Below, piece by piece: positions 19,744 through 31,252 of a stretch of DNA of 41,714 bases. The notes under the pieces were generated by a model. The model was given only the letters and a program-made list of their open reading frames with translations, was not told where the DNA came from and searched no databases. The stretch is from a plasmid: the NCBI RefSeq assembly GCF_055900595.2, contig NZ_JBVWEU010000004.1. One strand, 5' to 3'. Position 1 is the first letter of the stretch. Every line of letters starts with the position of its first letter. Both the position numbers and the translations under genes were made by a program.

Positions 19744-22700
19744 ATGCCCGTTGACTTTCTGACCACTGAGCAGACTGAAAGCTATGGCAGATTCACCGGT
19801 GAACCGGATGAGCTTCAGCTGGCACGATATTTTCACCTTGATGAAGCAGACAAGGAATTTATCGGAAAAAGCAGAGGTGATCACAACCGTCTGGGCATTG
19901 CCCTGCAAATTGGATGTGTCCGTTTTCTGGGCACCTTCCTCACCGATATGAATCATATTCCTTCCGGCGTCCGGCATTTTACCGCCAGACAGCTCGGGAT
20001 TCGTGATATCACCGTTCTTGCAGAATACGGTCAGAGGGAAAATACCCGCCGTGAGCATGCAGCGCTGATACGTCAGCACTATCAGTATCGTGAATTTGCC
20101 TGGCCCTGGACATTTCGCCTTACCCGTCTTTTATATACCCGGAGCTGGATAAGCAACGAACGTCCTGGCCTGCTTTTCGATCTGGCGACAGGGTGGCTTA
20201 TGCAACATCGTATTATTCTCCCCGGAGCCACTACGCTGACCCGGTTGATTTCAGAGGTAAGGGAAAAGGCGACGTTGCGCCTGTGGAACAAACTGGCACT
20301 GATACCGTCAGCCGAACAGCGTTCACAGCTGGAGATGCTGCTGGGGCCAACTGATTGCAGCCGCCTGTCTTTACTGGAATCACTGAAAAAGGGCCCTGTG
20401 ACCATCAGTGGTCCGGCGTTTAATGAAGCAATTGAACGCTGGAAAACTCTGAACGATTTTGGCCTGCATGCTGAAAACCTGAGTACACTCCCGGCTGTGC
20501 GCCTGAAAAATCTCGCACGTTATGCTGGTATGACTTCGGTGTTCAATATTGCCAGGATGTCACCGCAGAAAAGGATGGCGGTTCTGGTTGCCTTTGTCCT
20601 TGCATGGGAAACGCTGGCGCTGGATGATGCATTGGACGTTCTGGACGCCATGCTGGCCGTTATCATCCGTGACGCCAGAAAGATTGGGCAGAAAAAACGG
20701 CTCCGCTCGCTGAAGGATCTGGATAAATCTGCATTGGCGCTCGCCAGCGCATGTTCGTACCTGCTGAAAGAAGAAACACCGGACGAATCGATTCGTGCTG
20801 AGGTGTTCAGCTACATCCCAAGGCAAAAGCTGGCTGAAATCATCACGCTTGTCCGTGAAATTGCCCGGCCCTCAGACGATAATTTTCATGAAGAAATGGT
20901 GGAGCAGTACGGGCGCGTTCGTCGTTTCCTGCCCCATCTGCTGAATACCGTTAAATTTTCATCCGCACCTGCCGGGGTTACCACTCTGAATGCCTGTGAC
21001 TACCTCAGCCGGGAGTTCAGCTCACGGCGGCAGTTTTTTGACGACGCACCAACGGAAATTATCAGTCGGTCATGGAAACGGCTGGTGATTAACAAGGAAA
21101 AACATATCACCCGCAGGGGATACACGCTCTGCTTTCTCAGTAAACTGCAGGATAGTCTGAGGCGGAGGGATGTCTACGTTACCGGCAGTAACCGGTGGGG
21201 AGATCCTCGTGCAAGATTACTACAGGGTGCTGACTGGCAGGCAAACCGGATTAAGGTTTATCGTTCTTTGGGGCACCCGACAGACCCGCAGGAAGCAATA
21301 AAATCTCTGGGTCATCAGCTTGATAGTCGTTACAGACAGGTTGCTGCACGTCTTTGCGAAAATGAGGCTGTCGAACTCGATGTTTCTGGCCCGAAGCCCC
21401 GGTTGACAATTTCTCCCCTCGCCAGTCTTGATGAGCCGGACAGTCTGAAACGACTGAGCAAAATGATCAGTGATCTACTCCCTCCGGTGGATTTAACGGA
21501 GTTGCTGCTCGAAATTAACGCCCATACCGGATTTGCTGATGAGTTTTTCCATGCTAGTGAAGCCAGTGCCAGAGTTGATGATCTGCCCGTCAGCATCAGC
21601 GCCGTGCTGATGGCTGAAGCCTGCAATATCGGTCTGGAACCACTGATCAGATCAAATGTTCCTGCACTGACCCGACACCGGCTGAACTGGACAAAAGCGA
21701 ACTATCTGCGGGCTGAAACTATCACCAGCGCTAATGCCAGACTGGTTGATTTTCAGGCAACGCTGCCACTGGCACAGATATGGGGTGGAGGAGAAGTGGC
21801 ATCTGCAGATGGAATGCGCTTTGTTACGCCAGTCAGAACAATCAATGCCGGACCGAACCGCAAATACTTTGGTAATAACAGAGGGATCACCTGGTACAAC
21901 TTTGTGTCCGATCAGTATTCCGGCTTTCATGGCATCGTTATACCGGGGACGCTGAGGGACTCTATCTTTGTGCTGGAAGGTCTTCTGGAACAGGAGACCG
22001 GGCTGAATCCAACCGAAATTATGACCGATACAGCAGGTGCCAGCGAACTTGTCTTTGGCCTTTTCTGGCTGCTGGGATACCAGTTTTCTCCACGCCTGGC
22101 TGATGCCGGTGCTTCGGTTTTCTGGCGAATGGACCATGATGCCGACTATGGCGTGCTGAATGATATTGCCAGAGGGCAATCAGATCCCCGAAAAATAGTC
22201 CTTCAGTGGGACGAAATGATCCGGACCGCTGGCTCCCTGAAGCTGGGCAAAGTACAGGTTTCAGTGCTGGTCCGTTCATTGCTGAAAAGTGAACGTCCTT
22301 CCGGACTGACTCAGGCAATCATTGAAGTGGGGCGCATCAACAAAACGCTGTATCTGCTTAATTATATTGATGATGAAGATTACCGCCGGCGCATTCTGAC
22401 CCAGCTTAATCGGGGAGAAAGTCGCCATGCCGTTGCCAGAGCCATCTGTCACGGTCAAAAAGGTGAGATAAGAAAACGATATACCGACGGTCAGGAAGAT
22501 CAACTGGGCACACTGGGGCTGGTCACTAACGCCGTCGTGTTATGGAACACTATTTATATGCAGGCAGCCCTGGATCATCTCCGGGCGCAGGGTGAAACAC
22601 TGAATGATGAAGATATCGCACGCCTCTCCCCGCTTTGCCACGGACATATCAATATGCTCGGCCATTATTCCTTCACGCTGGCAGAACTGGTGACCAAAGG

Positions 22701-22749
22701 ACATCTGAGACCATTAAAAGAGGCGTCAGAGGCAGAAAACGTTGCTTAA
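19744..22749 (+). CDS. tnpA: Tn3 transposase TnpA
   Basis: 1001 aa from [17 protein letters not shown]; the stop abuts the Tn3 inverted repeat. Confidence 0.95.
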   Translation: MPVDFLTTEQTESYGRFTGEPDELQLARYFHLDEADKEFIGKSRGDHNRLGIALQIGCVRFLGTFLTDMNHIPSGVRHFTARQLGIRDITVLAEYGQRENTRREHAALIRQHYQYREFAWPWTFRLTRLLYTRSWISNERPGLLFDLATGWLMQHRIILPGATTLTRLISEVREKATLRLWNKLALIPSAEQRSQLEMLLGPTDCSRLSLLESLKKGPVTISGPAFNEAIERWKTLNDFGLHAENLSTLPAVRLKNLARYAGMTSVFNIARMSPQKRMAVLVAFVLAWETLALDDALDVLDAMLAVIIRDARKIGQKKRLRSLKDLDKSALALASACSYLLKEETPDESIRAEVFSYIPRQKLAEIITLVREIARPSDDNFHEEMVEQYGRVRRFLPHLLNTVKFSSAPAGVTTLNACDYLSREFSSRRQFFDDAPTEIISRSWKRLVINKEKHITRRGYTLCFLSKLQDSLRRRDVYVTGSNRWGDPRARLLQGADWQANRIKVYRSLGHPTDPQEAIKSLGHQLDSRYRQVAARLCENEAVELDVSGPKPRLTISPLASLDEPDSLKRLSKMISDLLPPVDLTELLLEINAHTGFADEFFHASEASARVDDLPVSISAVLMAEACNIGLEPLIRSNVPALTRHRLNWTKANYLRAETITSANARLVDFQATLPLAQIWGGGEVASADGMRFVTPVRTINAGPNRKYFGNNRGITWYNFVSDQYSGFHGIVIPGTLRDSIFVLEGLLEQETGLNPTEIMTDTAGASELVFGLFWLLGYQFSPRLADAGASVFWRMDHDADYGVLNDIARGQSDPRKIVLQWDEMIRTAGSLKLGKVQVSVLVRSLLKSERPSGLTQAIIEVGRINKTLYLLNYIDDEDYRRRILTQLNRGESRHAVARAICHGQKGEIRKRYTDGQEDQLGTLGLVTNAVVLWNTIYMQAALDHLRAQGETLNDEDIARLSPLCHGHINMLGHYSFTLAELVTKGHLRPLKEASEAENVA

Positions 22750-22782
22750 CGTGAGTTTTCGTTCCACTGAGCGTCAGACCCC

Positions 22783-25424
22783 TTGTTCAGGCCGGCATGC
22801 ACGCGGCGGCGCAGTTCAACACTTTGCAGCCAGTCCAGGATGAACAGCGTGCGCTCGATCCGGCCCAGCTCGCGCAGGGCCACGGCCAGTCCGTTCTGGC
22901 GCGGGTAGCTGCCGAGCTTGCGCAGCATCAGCGAGGCGGTGACGGTGCCCTGCTTGATCGAGCTGGCCAGGCGCAGGATGTCGTCCCAGTGGGCACGCAC
23001 GTGCTTGATGTTCAGGGTGCCGCCGATCAGCGGGCGCAACGTCGGGTAGGCTTGCACGCCCTGCGGCACGTACAGTTTGGTTTCGCCGAGGTCGCGGATG
23101 CGCGGCGCGAAGCGGAAGCCTAGCAGGTGCATCAGGGCAAAGACGTGATCGGTGAAGCCGGCCGTGTCGGTGTAGTGCTCCTCGATCCGCAGGTCGGACT
23201 CGTGGTACAGCAGGCCGTCGAGCACATAGGTGGAATCGCGGACGCCGACATTCACCACGCGGGTGCTGAACGGCGCGTACTGGTCGGAGATATGGGTATA
23301 GAACAGCCGTCCCGGCTCGCTACCGTACTTCGGGTTGACGTGCCCGGTGCTCTCGCCCCGGCCACCCGCGCGGAAGCGCTGGCCATCGGAGGATGAGGTC
23401 GTGCCGTCGCCCCAGTGGGCGGCAAAGGCGTGGCGATACTGGTGGTTGACCAGCTCGGCCAAGGCCGCCGAATAGGTTTCGTCGCGGATGTGCCAGGCTT
23501 GCAGCCAGGACAGCTTGGCGTAGGTCAGGCCGGGGCTCGACTCGGCCATCTTGGTCAGCCCGAGGTTGATCGCATCACCGAGGATTGCGGACAGCAGCAA
23601 CGTCCTGTCTTTGGCCTCGGCCCCGTCCTTCAAGTGGGTGAAGTGGCGGCTGAAGCCCGTCCAGTCGTCCACGTCCATCAGCAGTTCGGTGATCTTGATG
23701 CGCGGCAGTAACTGGCTGGTTTGGTCGATCAGCGCCTGCGCCCGATCCGGCACCGCCGCATCCAGCGGGGTGATTTTCAGCCCTGACTCGGTGAGGATGG
23801 CATCGGGCAGCTCGTTGTCCTTGGCCAGGCGGGTGACGGTGGCCAACTGCTCGTCCAGCAGCTGCAAACGCTCTTCCAGGTACTGGTCGCTGTTCGGGTT
23901 GATCGCCAGGGGCAGGGCCTGCTCGCGCTTGAGTGCGGCGAACTTCTCGGCCGGCAGCAGGTAGTCGTCGAAGTCGCGGAACTGCCGCGAGCCCTTGACC
24001 CAGATGTCGCCGGAGCGCAGGGCGTTCTTCAGCTCGGACAGGGCGCAGATTTCGTAGAATTTCCGGTCGAGGCCTTCCGGGGTGATCACCAGCGGCTTCC
24101 AGCGCGGCTTGATGAAGGCCGTGGGTGCATCGGCCGGCACCTTGCGCAGGTTGTCGGCGTTCATCTCACGCAGGGTCTGCACGGCTGCCAGCACGCCTTG
24201 CGCGGCCGGCGCGGCGCGCAGTTCCAGCACCTCCAGCAAGGCCGGCGTGTAACGGCGCAGGGTGGCGAAGTTCTCGCCGACCAGGTGCAGGTGGTCGAAG
24301 CCTTCCGGCCGGGCCAGCAGCTCGGCCTCGCTGACGCTCTCGGTGAACTCGTCCCAGGGAATCACCGCCTCGATGGCGGCATAGGGGTCGCTGCCGCTTT
24401 CCTTCGCTTCCAGCAGCGCCTGGCCGATCCTGGAGTACAGGCGCACCTTGTCGTTGATCGCCTTGCCCTGCTTCTGGAACTGCTGCTGATGCTTGTGCTT
24501 CGCGCCGCTGAACAGCTTGACCAGGATGCGGTCATGCAGATCGACCAGCTCATCGATCACGGTCGCGGTGCTCTCCAGCACCACGGCGGCCAGGGTCGCG
24601 TAGCGGCGCTGCGGCTCGAACTTACCGAGGTCTTTGGGCGTCATCTGCCCACCCTCGCGGGCCAGCTTGAGCAGGCGGTTCTGGTGGATGTGCCGGCCCA
24701 GGCCTTCGGGCAAGTCCACCAACTGAAATGTCTTCAGCCGCTCGATGTGTTCCAGCATGTGCCGAGAGTTGGGTTTCAGCGGTGCCTGGCGCAGCCAGGT
24801 CAACCAGGTGATGCTGCTGCCGGCCTTGAGCTTCAACAGCTCGTCCAGCTTGGCCCGATGCGAGTCCGTGAGTGGTTCGACCAGGGCGCGGTAGACCCGC
24901 CGATTGGCTCGCGCAATGGCTTCCGAGCAGGCCCGGTCAATCACGCTCAGCGCCGGCAGGATGCGTCGTTTCTGCCGTAGGCTCTCCAGGGCCTGACCGG
25001 CCAGCAGCAAGCCTTTGTCGGTCTGCTGGGCCAGCTCGGTTAGCTCGCGCACCAGGGCGCGGAAGTCGGACAGGCCGAACGGGGCCAGTTGCAGGTAGGT
25101 GCGCAGTTCCTGGGCATGCTCGCGACGGGTCACGTCGCGCTCGCCGTACTTTGCCCAGCTCGCCGGCTCGGCCTGGACTTGCTTCGCCACCCACAGGATG
25201 ACCGGCTCGGGCAGCTCGCTGTCGGTTCCCAGCGCGTAACCGGGGTAGCGCAGCAGGCAGAGCTGCACGGCGAAGCCGAGGCGGTTGGCGTCGCCGCGTC
25301 GCTGGCGGATCAGCGACAGGTCGGAGTCGTTGAAGGTGTAGTAGCGGATCAGGTCATCCTGGCTTTCCGGCAGCGCAAGCAGGGTGTCCCGCTCCGTGGC
25401 CGAGAGGATCAAGCGACGCGGCAT
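22783..25424 (-). pseudogene. tnpA: Tn1721-type tnpA, 5' 2.6 kb, gene disrupted by the Tn3 insertion
   Basis: N-terminus [31 protein letters not shown] (Tn21-subgroup transposase); the frame runs into the Tn3 IR. Confidence 0.85.
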
Positions 25425-25427
25425 GTG

Positions 25428-25988
25428 TCAGTCGTCCGTGCGGAGGTACTGGTAGAGGGTTTCCCGGCTGATGTTGAACTCGCGGGCAAGCTGCGCCTTG
25501 GGCTCGCCGGCCGTCGCTCGCTGCCGCAGGGTAGCAGCCTGCTCATCGGACAGGGCTTTCTTGCGGCCCCGGTACGCGCCACGCTGCTTGGCCAAGGCGA
25601 TGCCCTCACGCTGCCGCTCGCGGATCAGGGCGCGCTCGAACTCAGCGAAGGCCCCCATCACCGACAGCATCAGGTTGGCCATCGGCGAGTCCTCGCCAGT
25701 GAACACCAGGCCCTCCTTCAGGAACTCGATGCGCACGCCGCGCTGAGTCAGCTTCTGTACCAAGCGACGCAGGTCATCGAGGTTGCGGGCCAGCCGATCC
25801 ATGCTGTGCACCACCACTGTATCGCCTTCGCGGACGAAGCTCAGCAGCGCTTCGAGCTGGGGGCGCTGGGTGTCCTTGCCCGATGCCTTGTCGGTGAACA
25901 CCTTGCTCACCTGGGTTTGTTCCAGCTGGCGTTCCGGGTTCTGGTCAAAGCTGCTGACCCGGACGTAGCCGATGCGGTGCCCCTGCAC
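25428..25988 (-). CDS. tnpR: Tn21/Tn1721-type resolvase TnpR
   Basis: 186 aa, MQGHRIGYVRVSSFDQNPERQ serine recombinase. Confidence 0.9.
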   Translation of the reverse strand: MQGHRIGYVRVSSFDQNPERQLEQTQVSKVFTDKASGKDTQRPQLEALLSFVREGDTVVVHSMDRLARNLDDLRRLVQKLTQRGVRIEFLKEGLVFTGEDSPMANLMLSVMGAFAEFERALIRERQREGIALAKQRGAYRGRKKALSDEQAATLRQRATAGEPKAQLAREFNISRETLYQYLRTDD

Positions 25989-26160
25989 GATGTCTCCTTG
26001 GTTGAAGGCGGCTTAAGTGCACTTTCTGTTCCGTTGTGCCTCAAAGCCCATTTCTGTCAGGCTGAAATCTATAACCTTCGCGGGCATGTGTCAAAAAATG
26101 GGAAAGCAGACTCTATTCTGACGAAGCGGCGCGGCCCTGCCTGACATCAAGTTAGGGTAT
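25989..26160. promoter_or_regulatory. Tn21-subgroup res site region
   Basis: Intergenic segment upstream of tnpR with TGTCAGG-type repeats; likely the junction between the Tn1721-like and Tn21-like segments. Confidence 0.5.
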
Positions 26161-26163
26161 GCC

Positions 26164-26514
26164 TCAACCTGACGGCGGCGAATCACAAGCGTCCGGTTTG
26201 ACGCTGGTTTCGGTCGCAGTGCTGGCCCGCGCCTGGAAGCGCTGATAGCACTCCAGCCCGCAGAAATGCTCCACGTACTCGGCCCCTTCCGGCGTGAAGG
26301 CGGCATCGAGCGGGATTTCCTTGCAGCACACGCAGCAACTGGTGCTCGGTTCATTGGCGTTCATGGTGGTGTTCCTCCATTGGTTGACGAAGCCGACGAA
26401 GGCCGCCGCCGGCATCGGCCTGGCGAACAGGAAACCCTGCACCGTGTCGCAACCCGCCTGCCGCAACCACGCAAGGCAGTCGGGTGTTTCCACACCCTCG
26501 GCTACCACCTCCAT
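26164..26514 (-). pseudogene. urf2/tnpM remnant (EAL-domain C-terminal fragment) truncated by the integron IRi
   Basis: Translation ...[30 protein letters not shown]... begins at the integron boundary. Confidence 0.5.
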
Positions 26515-26539
26515 TGTCGTTTTCAGAAGACGGCTGCAC
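26515..26539. repeat. Class 1 integron IRi (25 bp)
   Basis: TGTCGTTTTCAGAAGACGGCTGCAC. Confidence 0.8.
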
Positions 26540-26716
26540 TGAACGTCAGAAGCCGACTGCACTATAGCAGCGGAGGGGTTGGATCCATCAGGCAACGACG
26601 GGCTGCTGCCGGCCATCAGCGGACGCAGGGAGGACTTTCCGCAACCGGCCGTTCGATGCGGCACCGATGGCCTTCGCGCAGGGGTAGTGAATCCGCCAGG
26701 ATTGACTTGCGCTGCC

Positions 26717-27730
26717 CTACCTCTCACTAGTGAGGGGCGGCAGCGCATCAAGCGGTGAGCGCACTCCGGCACCGCCAACTTTCAGCACATGCGTGTAAAT
26801 CATCGTCGTAGAGACGTCGGAATGGCCGAGCAGATCCTGCACGGTTCGAATGTCGTAACCGCTGCGGAGCAAGGCCGTCGCGAACGAGTGGCGGAGGGTG
26901 TGCGGTGTGGCGGGCTTCGTGATGCCTGCTTGTTCTACGGCACGTTTGAAGGCGCGCTGAAAGGTCTGGTCATACATGTGATGGCGACGCACGACACCGC
27001 TCCGTGGATCGGTCGAATGCGTGTGCTGCGCAAAAACCCAGAACCACGGCCAGGAATGCCCGGCGCGCGGATACTTCCGCTCAAGGGCGTCGGGAAGCGC
27101 AACGCCGCTGCGGCCCTCGGCCTGGTCCTTCAGCCACCATGCCCGTGCACGCGACAGCTGCTCGCGCAGGCTGGGTGCCAAGCTCTCGGGTAACATCAAG
27201 GCCCGATCCTTGGAGCCCTTGCCCTCCCGCACGATGATCGTGCCGTGATCGAAATCCAGATCCTTGACCCGCAGTTGCAAACCCTCACTGATCCGCATGC
27301 CCGTTCCATACAGAAGCTGGGCGAACAAACGATGCTCGCCTTCCAGAAAACCGAGGATGCGAACCACTTCATCCGGGGTCAGCACCACCGGCAAGCGCCG
27401 CGACGGCCGAGGTCTTCCGATCTCCTGAAGCCAGGGCAGATCCGTGCACAGCACCTTGCCGTAGAAGAACAGCAAGGCCGCCAATGCCTGACGATGCGTG
27501 GAGACCGAAACCTTGCGCTCGTTCGCCAGCCAGGACAGAAATGCCTCGACTTCGCTGCTGCCCAAGGTTGCCGGGTGACGCACACCGTGGAAACGGATGA
27601 AGGCACGAACCCAGTTGACATAAGCCTGTTCGGTTCGTAAACTGTAATGCAAGTAGCGTATGCGCTCACGCAACTGGTCCAGAACCTTGACCGAACGCAG
27701 CGGTGGTAACGGCGCAGTGGCGGTTTTCAT
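26717..27730 (-). CDS. intI1: Class 1 integron integrase IntI1
   Basis: 337 aa full length; tyrosine recombinase motifs; Arg32/Asn39 variant. Confidence 0.95.
27615..27643 (+). promoter_or_regulatory. Integron cassette promoter Pc, strong variant (TTGACA-N17-TAAACT)
   Basis: -35 at 27615-27620 and -10 at 27638-27643, inside intI1 on the cassette strand. Confidence 0.7.
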
Positions 27731-27874
27731 GGCTTGTTATGACTGTTTTTTTGTACAGTCTATGCCTCGGGCATCCAAGCAGCAAGCGCGTTACGCCGTG
27801 GGTCGATGTTTGATGTTATGGAGCAGCAACGATGTTACGCAGCAGGGCAGACGCCCTAAAACAAAGTTAGCCAT

Positions 27875-28372
27875 ATGAACTCGGAATCAGTACGCATTTA
27901 TCTCGTTGCTGCGATGGGAGCCAATCGGGTTATTGGCAATGGTCCTAATATCCCCTGGAAAATTCCGGGTGAGCAGAAGATTTTTCGCAGACTCACTGAG
28001 GGAAAAGTCGTTGTCATGGGGCGAAAGACCTTTGAGTCTATCGGCAAGCCTCTACCGAACCGTCACACATTGGTAATCTCACGCCAAGCTAACTACCGCG
28101 CCACTGGCTGCGTAGTTGTTTCAACGCTGTCGCACGCTATCGCTTTGGCATCCGAACTCGGCAATGAACTCTACGTCGCGGGCGGAGCTGAGATATACAC
28201 TCTGGCACTACCTCACGCCCACGGCGTGTTTCTATCTGAGGTACATCAAACCTTCGAGGGTGACGCCTTCTTCCCAATGCTCAACGAAACAGAATTCGAG
28301 CTTGTCTCAACCGAAACCATTCAAGCTGTAATTCCGTACACCCACTCCGTTTATGCGCGTCGAAACGGCTAA
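27875..28372 (+). CDS. dfrA12: Trimethoprim-resistant dihydrofolate reductase, dfrA12-like
   Basis: 165 aa, MNSESVRIYLVAAMGANRVIGNGPNIPWKIPGEQ; first cassette after attI1. Confidence 0.9.
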   Translation: MNSESVRIYLVAAMGANRVIGNGPNIPWKIPGEQKIFRRLTEGKVVVMGRKTFESIGKPLPNRHTLVISRQANYRATGCVVVSTLSHAIALASELGNELYVAGGAEIYTLALPHAHGVFLSEVHQTFEGDAFFPMLNETEFELVSTETIQAVIPYTHSVYARRNG

Positions 28373-28470
28373 CCATTCCGTCAACGGGACGCCAAAATGC
28401 TGCGCATTTTGGTTCCCTCCGCTGCGCTCCGGCTCTCGTTACGTCCAACGTTAGCACCACTGAAACCCAG
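28373..28470 (+). other. attC recombination site of the dfrA12 cassette
   Basis: Imperfect inverted-repeat structure ending in GTTAGC-type core after the dfrA12 stop. Confidence 0.5.
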
Positions 28471-28483
28471 CTTTATTTAGCTC

Positions 28484-28774
28484 ATGTTTATTCAAACGGC
28501 ATTTAGCTTTTCAGGCGTTATTCAGTGCCTGTTTTGCCTTTTTTCCGGGCTTCGCCTGCATGGGCTGCGCAGGTTTTCAGTCTTTTTGGCCTCTAGCCCT
28601 TGCGTAGCAAGCGCAAGCAGCTATCGTTTTTGCAGTGCTGTGCCGCCTCGGTGGCGCAGCGTTTTTTCACGGTTAGCGCCCGTCGCCAAATTCAAGTTAT
28701 CCGTTTTGGCTTCTGGTTCTAACATTTCGGTCAAGCCGACCCGCATTCTGCGGTCGGCTTACCTCGCCCGTTAG
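28484..28774 (+). CDS. Cassette ORF of unknown function (orfF/gcuF)
   Basis: 96-aa ORF between dfrA12 and aadA, in the position of the known dfrA12-orfF-aadA2 array. Confidence 0.6.
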   Translation: MFIQTAFSFSGVIQCLFCLFSGLRLHGLRRFSVFLASSPCVASASSYRFCSAVPPRWRSVFSRLAPVAKFKLSVLASGSNISVKPTRILRSAYLAR

Positions 28775-28779
28775 ACATC

Positions 28780-29571
28780 ATGAGGGAAGCGGTGACCATC
28801 GAAATTTCGAACCAACTATCAGAGGTGCTAAGCGTCATTGAGCGCCATCTGGAATCAACGTTGCTGGCCGTGCATTTGTACGGCTCCGCAGTGGATGGCG
28901 GCCTGAAGCCATACAGCGATATTGATTTGTTGGTTACTGTGGCCGTAAAGCTTGATGAAACAACGCGGCGAGCTTTGATCAACGACCTTTTGGAAACTTC
29001 GGCTTCCCCTGGAGAGAGCGAGATTCTCCGCGCTGTAGAAGTCACCATTGTTGTGCACGACGACATCATTCCGTGGCGTTATCCAGCTAAGCGCGAACTG
29101 CAATTTGGAGAATGGCAGCGCAATGACATTCTTGCAGGTATCTTCGAGCCAGCCACGATCGACATTGATCTGGCTATCTTGCTGACAAAAGCAAGAGAAC
29201 ATAGCGTTGCCTTGGTAGGTCCAGCGGCGGAGGAACTCTTTGATCCGGTTCCTGAACAGGATCTATTTGAGGCGCTAAATGAAACCTTAACGCTATGGAA
29301 CTCGCCGCCCGACTGGGCTGGCGATGAGCGAAATGTAGTGCTTACGTTGTCCCGCATTTGGTACAGCGCAGTAACCGGCAAAATCGCGCCGAAGGATGTC
29401 GCTGCCGACTGGGCAATGGAGCGCCTGCCGGCCCAGTATCAGCCCGTCATACTTGAAGCTAGACAGGCTTATCTTGGACAAGAAGAAGATCGCTTGGCCT
29501 CCCGCGCAGATCAGTTGGAAGAATTTGTTCACTACGTGAAAGGCGAGATCACCAAGGTAGTCGGCAAATAA
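28780..29571 (+). CDS. aadA: Aminoglycoside (3'')(9) adenylyltransferase AadA, apparently mosaic (aadA2-like 5' end, aadA1-like remainder)
   Basis: 263 aa; residues about 1-65 (TIEISNQLSEVLSV...VAVKLDETTRR) resemble aadA2, the remaining about 200 aa match my recollection of aadA1 (RLASRADQLEEFVHYVKGEITKVVGK). Confidence 0.9.
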   Translation: MREAVTIEISNQLSEVLSVIERHLESTLLAVHLYGSAVDGGLKPYSDIDLLVTVAVKLDETTRRALINDLLETSASPGESEILRAVEVTIVVHDDIIPWRYPAKRELQFGEWQRNDILAGIFEPATIDIDLAILLTKAREHSVALVGPAAEELFDPVPEQDLFEALNETLTLWNSPPDWAGDERNVVLTLSRIWYSAVTGKIAPKDVAADWAMERLPAQYQPVILEARQAYLGQEEDRLASRADQLEEFVHYVKGEITKVVGK

Positions 29572-29632
29572 TGTCTAACAATTCGTTCAAGCCGACGCCG
29601 CTTCGCGGCGCGGCTTAACTCAAGCGTTAGAT
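29572..29632 (+). other. attC site, aadA1-type (60 bp)
   Basis: TCTAACAATTCGTTCAAGCCGACGCCGCTTCGCGGCGCGGCTTAACTCAAGCGTTAGAT. Confidence 0.6.
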
Positions 29633-29740
29633 GCCAGATTTGGCGTTGCGTATGCTCACAGAAAATCGACAGCCGCAAGACTGTTTTTGGCAACTCATAG
29701 CCACCACTATTTATCCTTCATACCGTAGAGGAGATTGCAC

Positions 29741-30073
29741 GTGAAGAACTGGCTCTTTCTGGCTATTGCAATATTTGGTGAGGTCGTCGCAACTTCCGCA
29801 CTGAAGTCCAGCCATGGATTCACCAAGTTAGTTCCTTCTGTTGTAGTTGTGGCTGGCTACGGGCTTGCGTTCTATTTCCTCTCTCTCGCACTCAAGTCCA
29901 TCCCGGTCGGCATTGCTTATGCTGTTTGGGCTGGCCTCGGCATCGTACTTGTGGCAGCTATCGCTTGGATCTTCCATGGCCAGAAACTAGACTTGTGGGC
30001 GTTCGTTGGCATGGGACTTATCGTTAGTGGCGTCGCCGTTCTAAATCTGCTATCCAAGGTCAGCGCACATTGA
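29741..30073 (+). CDS. qacH: SMR-family quaternary ammonium compound efflux protein (qacH/qacF-like cassette)
   Basis: 110 aa from a GTG start, four-TM SMR fold ([23 protein letters not shown]); not qacEdelta1. Confidence 0.8.
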   Translation: MKNWLFLAIAIFGEVVATSALKSSHGFTKLVPSVVVVAGYGLAFYFLSLALKSIPVGIAYAVWAGLGIVLVAAIAWIFHGQKLDLWAFVGMGLIVSGVAVLNLLSKVSAH

Positions 30074-30140
30074 TCGGGCTGGCATCTAACAGTTCATTCA
30101 AGCCGACGCCGCTTCGCGGCGCGGCTTAATTCAGGTGTTA
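30074..30140 (+). other. attC-like site after the qac cassette
   Basis: Sequence similar to the aadA attC (CAAGCCGACGCCGCTTCGCGGCGCGGCTTAA). Confidence 0.4.
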
Positions 30141-30319
30141 GTCGGACGCCTACGGCGCCGAGGAAAAAAGAAACCAAACCATTCTTGCTGCCAAAGAGAA
30201 AAACCCCTTACGGTGGCGTACTGGGAAAGTGCGTATCTACGACGCCTTGCCGGTCTCAATGTCATGCCGTCCTCTTTCGAAGGCTGCTTGATGCAAACCT
30301 CTCAAAAATCTGGCATAAA

Positions 30320-31006
30320 CTATCTTGACATATTCCGATTGAACACCTTCCGAATATCAGCGGCTATCAGCGGGATCTCATCTTTTTTCGTGACGTAGGA
30401 GTGGGCATTCTGCTGCAGATGAAACTGGCAGCGTTGCCACAGAATTCCAGGGAAGACAGCATCGATTGCCGCGCGCAGTCCTGAGTGGTCATCACTGGTG
30501 ATCATTCGCAGGCCGTGCATCCCTCGTCGTACGAGACCCTCGAGAAAGGAACGCCAGTTTACCTCTGCCTCACTGTTCGCGACTTCGGCGTCAAGAATAT
30601 GCCGATTCCCGCTGTAATCAACGCCAATAGCCACTAGAAGCGCCTGCTTGACCACATGGGAACCGACGCGAACCGATTCATAGGTCGCATCAAGTACCAA
30701 GTATTGAATCTGTCCGACAGGCTGCGCCTTCCAAGACGTAATCTCTTCATCGAGCTCCTTTGCCAGCCTGCTGACCTGGGACGAGCTGACTTCGGTGCCA
30801 CAAAGAATTTCGACGATATCCGAGACCCTGCGGGTACTTACTCCTTTGACATACATTTCGGCGATGGCGAGCTTGAGAGCACGCTCACTGCGCATGCCTT
30901 TCTCGATGCAGCTGGGATAAAACTCCATCCCGCGAACTTGTGGTACTTTCAAGAGGACTTTCCCGGTCGCAAGATTGAATATTGGATTATTTGGATTTAC
31001 CAACAA
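30320..31006 (-). pseudogene. Internal fragment of an IS256-family transposase (IS440-like element reported next to sul3)
   Basis: 228 aa aligning to the middle of IS256-family transposases (YPSCIEKGMRSERALKLAIAEMY...WQRCQFHLQQNA); both the N- and C-terminal parts are absent. Confidence 0.7.
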
Positions 31007-31250
31007 ACACTACTATTTAGCTACGAAAACTCAAGAGAAGTACACAAAACCTTTTGGAAGTGATGGAAGTTTAAGTCCTCTTGATTATAGTGTAGGTATT
31101 GGAACAGGTTTAGAATTAGGACATTTCCAGTTTATGTTTGGCTATGATTACCCTCTTAGTAACAGTTCGAAAGATCCAGACCTAAGTCAAGTACGCCAAC
31201 ACAACTTCAGAGCAAGTATAGCATATTCATTTAGAAAGCTAAAAAAATAA
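30975..31250 (+). pseudogene. Possible C-terminal fragment of an outer-membrane beta-barrel protein
   Basis: 91-aa ORF with alternating hydrophobic pattern in low-GC DNA; weak. Confidence 0.3.
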
Positions 31251-31252
31251 AA

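Noticed and set aside
24198-26144. Plus-strand ORFs of 260 and 351 aa
   Set aside because: Antisense to Tn1721 tnpA and tnpR; Ala/Arg/Gly-rich translations typical of the wrong strand of GC-rich genes.
26789-27640. Plus-strand ORFs inside intI1 (75-134 aa)
   Set aside because: Antisense to intI1; this region is known to contain the Pc promoter rather than a second gene.
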